A DNA stretch of 64,000 nucleotides from Williopsis jadinii. Lineage: Eukaryota. Numbering within the stretch: the stretch's first letter is position 1; every line of letters begins with the position of its first letter. The position numbers and the translations under genes were made by a program. Positions 43,282-54,483 of the stretch are shown here, piece after piece. The notes under the pieces were generated by a model. The model was not told where the DNA came from, did not search any database, and was given only the letters and a program-made list of their open reading frames with translations. Where the stretch lies: positions 558,001 through 622,000 of the forward strand of contig AP024665.1 in the NCBI GenBank assembly GCA_024346625.1. The letters are read 5' to 3'.

Positions 43282-45249
43282 ATGCAATCGCATACTGAAT
43301 CTCAGACGAGACCGTTCCACAAGTTGGTGTTCAAGCCACATACTCAAAAGAGAACTATCAACAAGCAACTACTGGCAGAACTCGATGCTCAACCTCCTCA
43401 GAAGACTATAGCTTGTCAAAGATGTCGGAAACTTCGTAAAAAGTGTTCAAAACACTTACCATCCTGCTTCACCTGTGTCAAAATGGGCGAGAAGTGTGAA
43501 TACAGTGACAGCAAAGCTGTGGATACTTCAAACATTCAACAGCCACAGCAGCAAAGTGCACAGCCACAGAATTATCACTTTCAAATACGGCCGCCACAAC
43601 AATCGGTGCCTCAGCTCCTGCCCTCTTTGAAAGATCAATTGAATAATACCCACAGTTCCAAGGATGTGAATCCGTCATCGGCAGTGTGTGTTAATGACAA
43701 CAACAAACTACCGCCAATACGACTACCACCTATTAACCATGCTCAATTACAGCACGTTCAGTTGATATCTCAACAGCAGCAAAAACAACAGGAGCAATCG
43801 AAATTGAAGAAGAGCCAAAGGACAGTTGACATTCAAAATGCCTTGTTATCTACCTTGATCAACTTGGGAAAGGAAAACCTGTTACCAACAGAACTAGACT
43901 CAGAACCTTTGATGATACCACGAGAAGATGCCTTGAAGTACACTGCAAATTTCTTCGAACATTTCTATACATTAGTACCGTTTTTGCACAAACAGCAGAT
44001 ATTGAAAAGCTTCCAATCAGCCAATCTGTTCAACATTTTGAACCCTCCACAAAATTCTACACCATTAGAAATGAGAAAATCCTTCCAATTGTACTTGATT
44101 TTGACCATTGGGTTCAAGAACATGTCCAATAGTAACCTTTTATCTAAAGGGGAGATTGAGTCTCACTCTCGTATCTTTTCAATAAGACCACTAACAGAGT
44201 GGATAATCAGGTGTATGTCATTCCGAACGCACGAAGATATTGAGTGCATGGTGCTTTTGGTTATCGATTCTTACTTCACCAAAAACTGCTTATCAACGTC
44301 GAACATCACTAATTTATTGACCGGGCTAATTCTCAGATACCATTACCATAGAAAGTTATCAAACAGGGAATCGAAGAACTATTCAGAGCTAGCAAAGGAA
44401 CAGAGGTACAGATTGTTCTGGTCTACGTACATCATTGATAGAACAGTTGCAAACTATTTGAACAAACCTGTTACTTTGTCGGATGAATTAATATCTACGC
44501 CATTACCTTCACAGTTATCATTGGAAGACTTCAAAGACGAACAAGGATTAACTGAGACCTTGAGACTGATCATCAAACTGAAACAACTGGAGGGTGATAT
44601 CTTCAATGAGGTGCACTCCGTTGCGGTATTGAAAAAGAGGGACCTGAGTATTGCTGAAAAACAAGACCAAGTGTTAACACCTCTCCGGAACAGATTGGAT
44701 GAGTGGCTGTTTAATACAACAGGTCCACAGGAACTCTTGAAATCAAGGTTGTATTTTTCAACAATGTATTACAACAGTTTAACCTTGGTTTACCGTCCTT
44801 CATATCTAATTCCACATCCAGAGGGTGATTCCATGGTTAAGTTATCCAAGTCTGTGTTGCAAAATCTGACATACACCTATAACCTTACTCTTTCCAAGAG
44901 TTTGTTCAGTGTGAACTGGCTTACATTTTTTAGGATCTTGGTGATTTTCAAGACATTATTGAGATGCCTACAGCACGAATATATTGTTCTAGAGGAGAGC
45001 AAAACCGAGATTAATCTGTGTGTGGAGATTTTGAAGAATTTCGAAAATGAAAATAACGCTGATTGGTCTTTTATTAAGGAGATCACACTCATTTTTCAAA
45101 GATTGTTGAAGTTGTCATTCCAAGCAAGTTCTCGAGAGGAAGTATCTCATGAGATCTCCTATGGCTCTTCGAGACTTGAGGACATCTTGAAGGACAATAG
45201 CGTTGGCTGTCGTCTAGATGACCGTATTGAAGAAGAATACGATGTATAA
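43282..45249 (+). CDS. Second STB5-like Zn2Cys6 transcription factor
   Basis: ACQRCRKLRKKCSKHLPSCFTCVKMGEKCEY. Shares RLFWSTYIIDRTVA, KLKQLEG.I...VH and VYRPSYL-type blocks with the 22820-25207 protein. ATG at 43282. Confidence 0.88.
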   Translation: MQSHTESQTRPFHKLVFKPHTQKRTINKQLLAELDAQPPQKTIACQRCRKLRKKCSKHLPSCFTCVKMGEKCEYSDSKAVDTSNIQQPQQQSAQPQNYHFQIRPPQQSVPQLLPSLKDQLNNTHSSKDVNPSSAVCVNDNNKLPPIRLPPINHAQLQHVQLISQQQQKQQEQSKLKKSQRTVDIQNALLSTLINLGKENLLPTELDSEPLMIPREDALKYTANFFEHFYTLVPFLHKQQILKSFQSANLFNILNPPQNSTPLEMRKSFQLYLILTIGFKNMSNSNLLSKGEIESHSRIFSIRPLTEWIIRCMSFRTHEDIECMVLLVIDSYFTKNCLSTSNITNLLTGLILRYHYHRKLSNRESKNYSELAKEQRYRLFWSTYIIDRTVANYLNKPVTLSDELISTPLPSQLSLEDFKDEQGLTETLRLIIKLKQLEGDIFNEVHSVAVLKKRDLSIAEKQDQVLTPLRNRLDEWLFNTTGPQELLKSRLYFSTMYYNSLTLVYRPSYLIPHPEGDSMVKLSKSVLQNLTYTYNLTLSKSLFSVNWLTFFRILVIFKTLLRCLQHEYIVLEESKTEINLCVEILKNFENENNADWSFIKEITLIFQRLLKLSFQASSREEVSHEISYGSSRLEDILKDNSVGCRLDDRIEEEYDV

Positions 45250-45454
45250 CTCTGTGTATCTATATAGCTCTATAACACTATTTTGTAATATTTTTACTAC
45301 TCAGTTCTGTTTACTGCCTGGATTACAATTCAAACATGCAACGCCTGAGAACACGCAGCTCGAAGAAAGGTTTTTTTCTCTTTTTTTCCCTTTTTTTTCT
45401 CTTACTCTTCATTTTCCAGTAAACTGTAGCAACGATTTCCAGAGGGCAAAAGCA

Positions 45455-46286
45455 ATGACCGAACAACCAAAGATTACACTTCACTGGTAAGTTTACAGTG
45501 AATGTCACGGGTATTAACTCAGAAACCGCTTAATTATGTATATGTACTAAGACAATTAGGCTGGACCATTCAAGATCACAACGTATTGTGTGGCTCTTAG
45601 AGGAATTGAACTTGGAATACACCATCAAGCCATATATTCGTACCGGTGGTCCAAGAGCGCCACCAGAGTTGAAAGCTGTTCATCCATTGGGTAAGGCGCC
45701 AGTACTTGTCGTTGAATATGCAGATGGTAAAGAGAAAGTCATTGCAGAGAGCGGCCACATTATTGCCTTTCTCATAAGAAACTTTGATAAGGAATCCCTT
45801 TTAACCCCAGATAACACAGATGCGTTCGACGAAGTTGAGTATTACTTACATATGTGTGAAGGTACACTTCAACCTGTGTTGACCTTCCTTTTGGTTCTCA
45901 ACACCGCGGCTTCAAGAGCACCTTGGTTCGTTAAGCCAGTTATCAGTTCGTTTGTCACCAAGGTGTTTGAGCTGTACAACTATAAGGAGATCATCCTCTG
46001 CCTTGACTTCCTCGAGACTAAGCTCGGTGAGAACGCTGCCAAACTCACCGCATCGTCTCAGAACTTGTTCTTTGTGAACAACAAGTTATCTGGCGCTGAT
46101 ATCATTTTTGCCCTGCCGGTGGGTGAGATTTGCATCATTGGTGACAAGCTTAGTCATCTCGTTGATAAATCCAAGTACCCCCACTTGGTAAGATGGGCTC
46201 ACGAGATTAGGGAGAGACCAGCATACCTCAGGGCAATGGAGAAAACCGGCCAGTATGAGAAGCCAAAGGAGCAAGAACAAGAGTGA
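45455..46286 (+). CDS. GTT1: Glutathione S-transferase, Gtt1-like (copy 1); exons 45455-45486, 45560-46286
   Basis: Intron 45487-45559 (GTAAGT..TACTAAG..TAG) gives LHWLDHSRSQRIVWLLEEL. Motifs HPLGKAP, AESGHI and LSGADI. Confidence 0.9.
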
Positions 46287-46736
46287 TGTGTACTCCGCAA
46301 TCACAACTCAAATGATGAACTGTTTTGTAGTGTAATGTAGTGGGGATTAACCACGGCTAATTTGCTTTTCCTAAACTTCCAAGAGTTGTAGAGATATATA
46401 CAGGCTCCAACTTTTACGCTGCCATTACAGCAATTGTTCAGAGCGGGAACATGGATCTTTCTTCTCCACATTGCTCCGCAGTTTTGTTTTTCTTACCAGC
46501 GTTGTACGCTAAAAGTAGTGAGCTTTTACGTCAACTCTCAACGGAACAGGGTTCTTCCATCAGTCACCCGCAGTGGTCCCGCACAGATTCCATCAACGGG
46601 GACAACACACCAATTGTAGCAGGAGAATAAGCGCCATGCCTCTTGATTGAGACGGTGTCAATTAGTCTATAAAAGGACAGAGGAGTATTCTTGGAGGGTA
46701 AAGCTATTCCTTCATTTCTTGAATAGCAACCAAACC

Positions 46737-47456
46737 ATGACCGAACCGAAGCTTACACTCCACTGGCTAAACCAATCAAGGGCACAACGTGTTGTCTGGC
46801 TTCTCGAGGAATTGGGCCTTGATTACGAGATCAAACCTTACAAACGTGATGCAGAAATCCGTGCTCCAAAGGAATTGGCAGATGTTCATTCTCTGGGTAA
46901 ATCTCCGGTGTTGGAGATTGAATACCCTGATGGTGCTAGGAAGACAGTTGCAGAGAGCGGACATATTGTTTCGTTCTTGATGAGAAACTTTGACAAAAAC
47001 AACGTCTTCAAGCCAACCAGTGAACAAGAGTTTGACGACGTTGAGTACTATTCTCTAATGTCAGAGGGAACCTTACAACCGGCCCTAAGTTTCATAGTTG
47101 TTCTGCGTAGAGGTGGTGAGAAGGCACCTTGGGCCATGAAATCTGTGATCAGAACTTACAACGACAAAGTCATGGAGGCTTTTAACTTCCCAGAGACTTT
47201 GAAATGTTTCGATTTGCTCGAGAAGAGACTTGTTGAGAAGTCTAAAGTTTCCACAGAGCTTTACATCGCTGGAGAAAGGCTCTCTTCGGCTGATATTTTG
47301 CTGAGTTTCCCAGTTGTTGAGCAAGTTGTCTTTGGCGACAAACTAGGAAGTGCATTCAACAAGGAAGAGTACCCTCAACTGGTTACATGGGCCAAGCAGA
47401 TTAGAGCCAGACCAGCTTATATCAGGGCCCAGGAGAAGACCAAGAAGTTTGGCTGA
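46737..47456 (+). CDS. Glutathione S-transferase, Gtt1-like (copy 2, intronless)
   Basis: MTEPKLTLHWLNQSRAQRVVWLLEEL, HSLGKSP, AESGHI and EGTLQP motifs. TATAAAA at about 46668. Confidence 0.9.
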   Translation: MTEPKLTLHWLNQSRAQRVVWLLEELGLDYEIKPYKRDAEIRAPKELADVHSLGKSPVLEIEYPDGARKTVAESGHIVSFLMRNFDKNNVFKPTSEQEFDDVEYYSLMSEGTLQPALSFIVVLRRGGEKAPWAMKSVIRTYNDKVMEAFNFPETLKCFDLLEKRLVEKSKVSTELYIAGERLSSADILLSFPVVEQVVFGDKLGSAFNKEEYPQLVTWAKQIRARPAYIRAQEKTKKFG

Positions 47457-48064
47457 TGCAAGGATGCCTTTAATTCGTCAAGTACAAGTACCATCACCTA
47501 TAAATGTTTGTGTAGAATCATCACTGTTTAGTGGATCCACCAGCGGATATTAAGGCGATGTCTTAACCAGCGTAATTCGCTAGAAGTCAATACCAATTAC
47601 CATGGAAACAAGATATTAATTCCTTCTCTGTATCTTCAGCGGTTGCCAATCTGCAGAACATACTGAGATTTTAACGTGTACCTACCGCGTCATGAGTTTG
47701 TCGTTCGCGAAGATGCCAGCGAAAAAACACACGCACACCCACACCGAAAGCAAAAGGGCAAAAAAGCTGTCGACGAAAGCAGCAACGAGAAAAAAAACAC
47801 ACACACATGGATCGAAAACGCTTTCTTTTAATCTTTTTGTTTACTTTTGAGATCAGTTTTGAAAGTGGAATCGCATCACTGGCAAGCGCTTATAAACTCT
47901 GAGAACAGAATTTATAAACAAGACGCTTAGAAGTACGTCAGATCTGTGCTACTGGTTTTATCAAGGTTATTGACTCAGATATCCTTTTCTGAAGAGGAAA
48001 TTTAAGGAGAGAGCAAGAGAAACCGAACGAGCGCTGTGAACTACCTGTCGATACGGCGGCTAAC

Positions 48065-51000
48065 ATGATGTCAAATGTACAAGGAAGTGCGCCAAACACG
48101 CCATCTCAGAATCCTGTGGTCAAGCAGACAATGCTAGAAGTGCCACAGATCAAGAGCAAGGATGAGATTGATGTCTTGATGAATCGCTTACGCTATTTGA
48201 AAGAGTCACAAAGTGGCGAGGCGGAACAACAGGCTATCGTCAAGGCACTCAAAGACGTCAGTACACGCCAACAGGATTTTAGAGCTCGGAGGGATAAATT
48301 GAACAAAGCTTTAGTTGGTGCAAATAGAGGTTACGACGCTGAACTGTTGAGAGATCAGCTTGTGGCGTTTCAACTGTTGTCCAGAAACTTGGACGTTCCA
48401 GAGAACTTGCAACGTAACTTGGGATTTGACTCACACCTCAGATCCAACGATAACGTTGAACAGCAGGAGGAGCCTATCACACCGTTGAAAACATCGTTGG
48501 ACTTCACGAAGCGACTAACGAATTTGGGTATCAAGGATAAATTTTCCAACGATATTCCTAACCCCTCAGAGGCAATTGTCAACACACACACTGCTGAGGC
48601 AGTTATCACCCATAAGATAGATGCTAGAGTCAAGGAATTGGAAAATTTGCCCTCCAATTTGGGTGCTATCAAAGTGGATGACGCTGCTTTAGATGCTGTG
48701 GATGATTTATCCAGACATGCGGATGATTTGAAGTTGTCGGCTCTTGTGGAGCTCAAATCTTTGAGGTTATTGCCAAAGCAAAAACTATTGAGACAGAATT
48801 TATTGTTCAATATTGGTGCAAAGGAACACACCTCAGTGGATTACCTGAGAGAACACCCCGTGACGGAGTCTGCCCAGAGATCCCTACAGGTGAGACCAAA
48901 GATCGTCATCAAGCAAACTGCCACCCTTGTTGAGGAGCTGGAGAGACAACAAAAGTTGGAAAAACAAAAGCTGGAACGTGCCCTACACATCCAGAAGATC
49001 ACTAAATTGGTCGAGTTTGCCAATGAATCATTACAAGAGAGACATGATCGTATTACTAAGAGATTCCAATTGGCCAAAGCAATCACCCAAATGCATACTC
49101 AAATCGAAAGAGATGAGGGCAAAAAATTGGAAAAGACCGCCAGACAACGTTTGCAAGCCTTGAAAGCCAATGATGAGGAAGCATACTTGAGACTGTTGGA
49201 TCAGACGAAGGATACAAGAATCACTCACTTGTTGAAACAGACAAATTCCTTTTTGGATTCGTTGGCCCGTGCGGTTGAAACTCAACAAACCGAGGCAAAA
49301 CTTGCAAACGGTGAAACAGTAGAAATCTCTGATGAAGACAGAGAAAAAATTGACTACTACGAAGTTGCTCACAAGATCAAAGAAGAAGTTACAGAACAAC
49401 CTTCTATATTGATTGGTGGTCAGTTGAAAGAGTATCAACTCAAAGGTTTACAATGGATGGTCTCTTTATATAACAACCATTTGAATGGTATATTGGCAGA
49501 TGAAATGGGTTTGGGTAAAACCATTCAGACATTGTCATTGATCACATACCTGGTGGAGAAGAAGAAATTGAATGGTCCTTTCTTGGTCATTGTGCCCTTA
49601 TCTACTATCACAAACTGGACTTTGGAATTCGAGAAATGGGCTCCTTCTTTAAAGACCATTGTTTACAAGGGTACTCCGAACCAGCGTAAAAATTTGGCCA
49701 TTGATGTGAGATCAGGAAATTTTAATGTCTTGTTAACCACATTCGAGTACATCATCAAGGATCGTCCTATTTTGTGCAAGTTGAAATGGGTACACATGAT
49801 CATTGATGAGGGTCACCGTATGAAGAATTCGCAGTCCAAATTATCTTCTACCCTGACACAGTACTATCATACAAAGAATCGTTTAATTTTAACCGGTACA
49901 CCATTGCAGAACAACCTACCAGAGTTGTGGGCGTTGCTAAATTTTGTTTTACCAAAGGTGTTCAATTCACAAAAAACATTTGATGAATGGTTCAATACAC
50001 CATTCGAGAATACTGGTGGCCAGGAGAAAATTGAACTTTCAGAAGAAGAAACCTTGTTGGTTATCAGAAGATTGCACAAGGTCTTGAGACCATTCTTGCT
50101 TCGTCGTCTGAAGAAAGAGGTCGAGAAAGACCTCCCAGACAAGGTTGAAAAGGTTGTTAGATGTAAACTTTCTGGATTGCAGTATGTTTTGTACCAACAG
50201 ATGTTGAAGCACAACGCATTATTTGTCGGTGCTGGTGCACAAGGAGCAACAAAATCTGGTATCAAGGGATTGAACAACAAAATCATGCAGTTGAGAAAAA
50301 TCTGTAACCATCCTTATGTCTTTGAAGAGGTTGAGAATGTGATAAACCCTAGCGGTGTCACCAATGATATGATGTGGAGATGCAGTGGTAAATTTGAGAT
50401 TCTGGATAGGGTTTTACCCAAATTCAAGAAGACTGGCCACAAGGTTTTGATGTTCTTTCAAATGACTCAAGTTATGGACATCATGGAAGACTACCTGAGA
50501 TTTAGAGATCTGAAATATTTGAGATTGGATGGCTCAACCAAAGCTGATGATCGTACAGGAATGTTGGGCCAATTCAACGACCCACAATCAGACTATTTTT
50601 GTTTCTTGTTGTCCACTAGGGCTGGTGGTTTGGGATTGAACTTACAATCAGCAGACACTGTGATAATCTTTGATTCCGATTGGAATCCCCACCAAGATTT
50701 ACAGGCTCAGGATAGGGCACATAGAATTGGTCAAAAGAATGAAGTTAGAATCTTGAGATTGGTGACATCTGATACCGTGGAAGAGGTTATCTTGGAGAGA
50801 GCATCTCAGAAGCTTGAAATTGATGGTAAGGTTATCCAAGCAGGTAAGTTTGACAACAAGTCCACAGCAGAAGAACAGGAGGCCTACTTGAAACAATTAT
50901 TAGAGAACGAAGGGCGCAAAAACACTGATGAAATTGGTGAGCTGGATGACGATGAACTTAACGAAATTCTTGCAAGAAGTGACAATGAAAAGGAGATATT

Positions 51001-51808
51001 CACTCAAATGGATCTCGACAGAATCACAAGGGAAAAGATTCAAAGCAGAAAGCCAGGTGGTTATAAGGAGAGATTGTTGACGGAGAACGAGCTTCCAGAA
51101 ATCTTCACAGAAGACATTGAACAGCACCTCGTCCAAGAGACCAAAGAACTCGGACGTACCAGAGAGAAGAAACGTGTGTATTATGATGATGGACTCACAG
51201 AAGAGCAATGGCTCATGGCTGTCGATAATGATGATGATACCATCGAAGATGCCATTGCACGTAAGAGAGCACGGAAAGAAAGAAGAAAGGGAAGCTCCAA
51301 GGGGTCGAAAACTCCAAATGGCAAAGAGCGTACACCTGCATCTCCTGACGCAGAAGATGACGAAGAAGAAAGTGCAGCATCGACGCCTGAACCTGATCAT
51401 GACCAAGATGAGGAAGAGGAAGTTGTTGTCCAACGTTCTGCTCCTAAGAGGCAAAAAGTTGAGATTGCAGACTGGAAGAAAGCATCCTATGAATTACTGG
51501 ATGACTTACAGACGAAGACAGATGAGAGTGATGGTCATTTACTGAGCGAATACTTCATCAAGTTGCCATCACGAAAGATCTATGCAGACTACTACAAGCT
51601 GATCCAAAAGCCAATAGCTATCAATGGTATTCGTATGCAAATCAAAACCGGTAAGATATCGTCATTCGACCGTTTTAAAGATGCTGTTATGCTGATCTAC
51701 ACCAATGCCAAGTTCTACAACGAAGAAGGCTCTAGTGTATACTTGGACGCTGTTAAATTGGAGGAGTATTCTCAAGAAAGGTTCAAAGAAATTGAGAAGT
51801 CTCTATGA
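48065..51808 (+). CDS. STH1: RSC chromatin-remodelling ATPase
   Basis: HSA region, LADEMGLGKT, IIDEGH, Sth1-type HNALFVGAG..GATK.GIKGLNNKIMQLRKICNHP, SnAC and a C-terminal bromodomain. Confidence 0.93.
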   Translation: MMSNVQGSAPNTPSQNPVVKQTMLEVPQIKSKDEIDVLMNRLRYLKESQSGEAEQQAIVKALKDVSTRQQDFRARRDKLNKALVGANRGYDAELLRDQLVAFQLLSRNLDVPENLQRNLGFDSHLRSNDNVEQQEEPITPLKTSLDFTKRLTNLGIKDKFSNDIPNPSEAIVNTHTAEAVITHKIDARVKELENLPSNLGAIKVDDAALDAVDDLSRHADDLKLSALVELKSLRLLPKQKLLRQNLLFNIGAKEHTSVDYLREHPVTESAQRSLQVRPKIVIKQTATLVEELERQQKLEKQKLERALHIQKITKLVEFANESLQERHDRITKRFQLAKAITQMHTQIERDEGKKLEKTARQRLQALKANDEEAYLRLLDQTKDTRITHLLKQTNSFLDSLARAVETQQTEAKLANGETVEISDEDREKIDYYEVAHKIKEEVTEQPSILIGGQLKEYQLKGLQWMVSLYNNHLNGILADEMGLGKTIQTLSLITYLVEKKKLNGPFLVIVPLSTITNWTLEFEKWAPSLKTIVYKGTPNQRKNLAIDVRSGNFNVLLTTFEYIIKDRPILCKLKWVHMIIDEGHRMKNSQSKLSSTLTQYYHTKNRLILTGTPLQNNLPELWALLNFVLPKVFNSQKTFDEWFNTPFENTGGQEKIELSEEETLLVIRRLHKVLRPFLLRRLKKEVEKDLPDKVEKVVRCKLSGLQYVLYQQMLKHNALFVGAGAQGATKSGIKGLNNKIMQLRKICNHPYVFEEVENVINPSGVTNDMMWRCSGKFEILDRVLPKFKKTGHKVLMFFQMTQVMDIMEDYLRFRDLKYLRLDGSTKADDRTGMLGQFNDPQSDYFCFLLSTRAGGLGLNLQSADTVIIFDSDWNPHQDLQAQDRAHRIGQKNEVRILRLVTSDTVEEVILERASQKLEIDGKVIQAGKFDNKSTAEEQEAYLKQLLENEGRKNTDEIGELDDDELNEILARSDNEKEIFTQMDLDRITREKIQSRKPGGYKERLLTENELPEIFTEDIEQHLVQETKELGRTREKKRVYYDDGLTEEQWLMAVDNDDDTIEDAIARKRARKERRKGSSKGSKTPNGKERTPASPDAEDDEEESAASTPEPDHDQDEEEEVVVQRSAPKRQKVEIADWKKASYELLDDLQTKTDESDGHLLSEYFIKLPSRKIYADYYKLIQKPIAINGIRMQIKTGKISSFDRFKDAVMLIYTNAKFYNEEGSSVYLDAVKLEEYSQERFKEIEKSL

Positions 51809-52009
51809 TGTATTATATATATATATGTTTGTTCTAACAAGAAAATCGCTTCTTTGGTATTCCCAATGTAGAAAAATAACGAGAGATTTCAAGTCGAACT
51901 TGCATTGTTGCTCTTAACAGTCAACGTTCTTTGCTTTATTGAATGGTGCGTTTTCACCTTATCTGAAGTGATCTTTAGCATCCCAGATAAACCAGAAAGT
52001 ACACCTGCT

Positions 52010-53923
52010 ATGTCCATATTGGAAGGAGAGGACTGCGGACTTACCAGTTTGACTTACAGATCAAGTTCACCCTTCTCTCCGTCGTCACAGGACGATGAAC
52101 ATGCTATCCCCTCAAGAATCTCACAAGCGGAGAAGTTTACGAGGTTTAAGAAGTACTTGGAGTACAGAAACATTGCACCTGCTGCGATGCGATATGATGA
52201 CAGCGATAGTACAGATCCAGATCTGTTCTATGATCTGCAGGTGTTGTCGAAGAAGAGAGATACACGATACGTACAGAGACCGTTTGCGTTTAGTGCGAAG
52301 GAAGACGTTACCGTAAGTGAAGGTGCCCTTAATTCTTACCAAGCCTATGATGTACATCGAGAGCAGTACCTTGAACCCTACGAAGCAGAAGGTGGTCTGG
52401 CATCACGGTATGATGATTCGATGGAACTGCGCTCTATAAAGGTGATTCAAATACCCACAATGGGTAACTTCGTTGAATGCAAGGGTAACTTGGTTGAATG
52501 TTACGGTAATTGGTTACTGATAGGTTCTGGTTCCCATCTAACGCTATTGAAGAATGAAAACATCATCAAAGTTCATGATTTGAGACCTCGCATGACCACC
52601 GTTACCCATATTCAAAATGCGACATGGCAGGTAAATCCACATACTTTGAATCTGGTCAAAGTTGTTAAGCTTATGGGAGAGGATATGCTCATATGTTGTT
52701 TAGACGATGGCCGAGTTTTACTCTACGAGCTAAAAGCACTGAACTTGTATTCAGAGTTATCACAACCGTTGTTTGAGATAGCAATGGAGTCTTCAGTTTG
52801 GGGAGCTGATGCGCAGGACAATGTTCTTGTGATGTCGGATAATAGCCATAAGGTAACGCTTGTTTATTTCTGCAAAACTGAGAGGAAAGTTATATGTGCT
52901 GGACAGTCTACTGAATTCAGCTCTAATATTCCAGATGTCTCTATCATCAAATCTGAAATAGATAGCGTGACTGTTTCGCTTGTTAATATTGATGGAGAGT
53001 TCCTCGTCATCAATTTCGACCTAAATACTGAATTAATCGAAAGTGAGATCTTGGAGGGTGACTTGGCCAATCCAATCACTTTACACCAGCTGCTGGGTAG
53101 AGCAGAGGACTCTATACTATGTACAGTACGGTTTCGTACCAAAGTTGACGAACAAGGTTGGACCGTTAACACCGTCGATGCGGACTGTTTCCTAGAGGTG
53201 AACAATCCGGGGTATTTAGGAGCTTATGACATTGACACTGTTGAAGTGATGAAGTGCTCGGAGATCCTAGGGTTAAGTGAGAACTATATGGTTTCCTCCA
53301 ATCTTGGTGGGGCTTCAACCTTTGTATGTCTTGATACCATTGCACAATTCGCTGAGAAGCCAGATTCTCGTTCGAGGAGTACTCTCAACTCTGTGACCGA
53401 TAAGGTGAGCCGTATCAAGAAGGCGTACTACGACATGGAGCTGGGTCCTCACACAACTGAGAGTGGAGGACTTAATAGCCTAGACGGCAAATTCCTCCTC
53501 CTCACTACAGAGACAAAATGTGCACTGTTCCGAGCAGACAGACTCATTTGCAATGCCACTACACAGGAGGTGTTCGATTTAGTTACAGATGAATATGCAG
53601 AGTACGCCAACAGAATCTCCATTGTCCGGGTGATTCCAAAGATCAATGCGTACATCGCTGTTTCACAAGCTGGAATCGTATCCATTGGCAGATTTGTCAA
53701 GCACCGCGGGATCCATTCCATCAGAGAGGAGCATGCCTGGAGATGTCCTAAGGGGCCCAACACCAGAGACGATGAAGCACGGACCGTTGCTGGGGTTGCG
53801 CTTCGGGAAATTGGGCAATCAGTCTACCAAATTTACCTGGTTTTCTCTGACGGGGAAGCACATCTCTTCGACTTGAGAACGGCAGACTGTGACGACACCA
53901 ACCTGTCGAATTTCTTAATATGA
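52010..53923 (+). CDS. CRT10: CRT10-family beta-propeller protein (cullin substrate adaptor)
   Basis: PHTLN.., CLDDGRVLLY, SVWG.D, SDNSH.VTL, NIPDVS and NRI....IP......SQ.G......HRGI....EEH blocks. First ATG at 52010. Confidence 0.75.
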   Translation: MSILEGEDCGLTSLTYRSSSPFSPSSQDDEHAIPSRISQAEKFTRFKKYLEYRNIAPAAMRYDDSDSTDPDLFYDLQVLSKKRDTRYVQRPFAFSAKEDVTVSEGALNSYQAYDVHREQYLEPYEAEGGLASRYDDSMELRSIKVIQIPTMGNFVECKGNLVECYGNWLLIGSGSHLTLLKNENIIKVHDLRPRMTTVTHIQNATWQVNPHTLNLVKVVKLMGEDMLICCLDDGRVLLYELKALNLYSELSQPLFEIAMESSVWGADAQDNVLVMSDNSHKVTLVYFCKTERKVICAGQSTEFSSNIPDVSIIKSEIDSVTVSLVNIDGEFLVINFDLNTELIESEILEGDLANPITLHQLLGRAEDSILCTVRFRTKVDEQGWTVNTVDADCFLEVNNPGYLGAYDIDTVEVMKCSEILGLSENYMVSSNLGGASTFVCLDTIAQFAEKPDSRSRSTLNSVTDKVSRIKKAYYDMELGPHTTESGGLNSLDGKFLLLTTETKCALFRADRLICNATTQEVFDLVTDEYAEYANRISIVRVIPKINAYIAVSQAGIVSIGRFVKHRGIHSIREEHAWRCPKGPNTRDDEARTVAGVALREIGQSVYQIYLVFSDGEAHLFDLRTADCDDTNLSNFLI

Positions 53924-54443
53924 CTCTACACCCGTATATACAGAGCTCTTTAGACCAATAAACGAAACCCGGATAGTAAATTGCGATGTTACACACAACT
54001 CTAATCACGCAGAAATCATACGTTTACAGCAAAGGCCCCGTCCACGCCAATGAAACAGCGTCACCTGTCTTTTCTGTTTCTGGGTTTGTCCCTCATCCCC
54101 AGACCCCCCCTCCGCCCATGGGTGGTTTTGTTTCCCCGGTTGGAAGACATCCGTACACCTACCAACGGGGCTTCAGATCGGATCCTGTGGTGTTTTTCCT
54201 TCTTTCCCAATTTGTTGGTTTGCGTAGCCCTTTCTCTCTGTCCCTTGACAGGAGATCGTCGAAAAGAGATGGAAGCACCGTAGCAAAAGGTGCTCCGGCC
54301 AATTGCCGAAGCACAAAAAAAACCAACAAGCAAAAGCTAAAAGCCCACGAAAAACCTTGAAAGCCGAACTCGGAGCCAAATTTCCATCGGCCCCGCGAAC
54401 TCCCTAGGCAACGAGAAAGCGCGTACATGGCATCTCCCAAGAG

Positions 54444-54483
54444 CCAATCACAGATGAGTAAACTACGCTTACTTTTGACGTAA
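54444..54483 (+). promoter_or_regulatory. CCAAT box plus adjacent bZIP-type sites upstream of ACO1
   Basis: CCAAT 54444-48, TGAGTAA (reverse complement TTACTCA) 54455-61 and TGACGTAA 54476-83. HAP-complex control of aconitase is established in yeasts. Confidence 0.5.
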
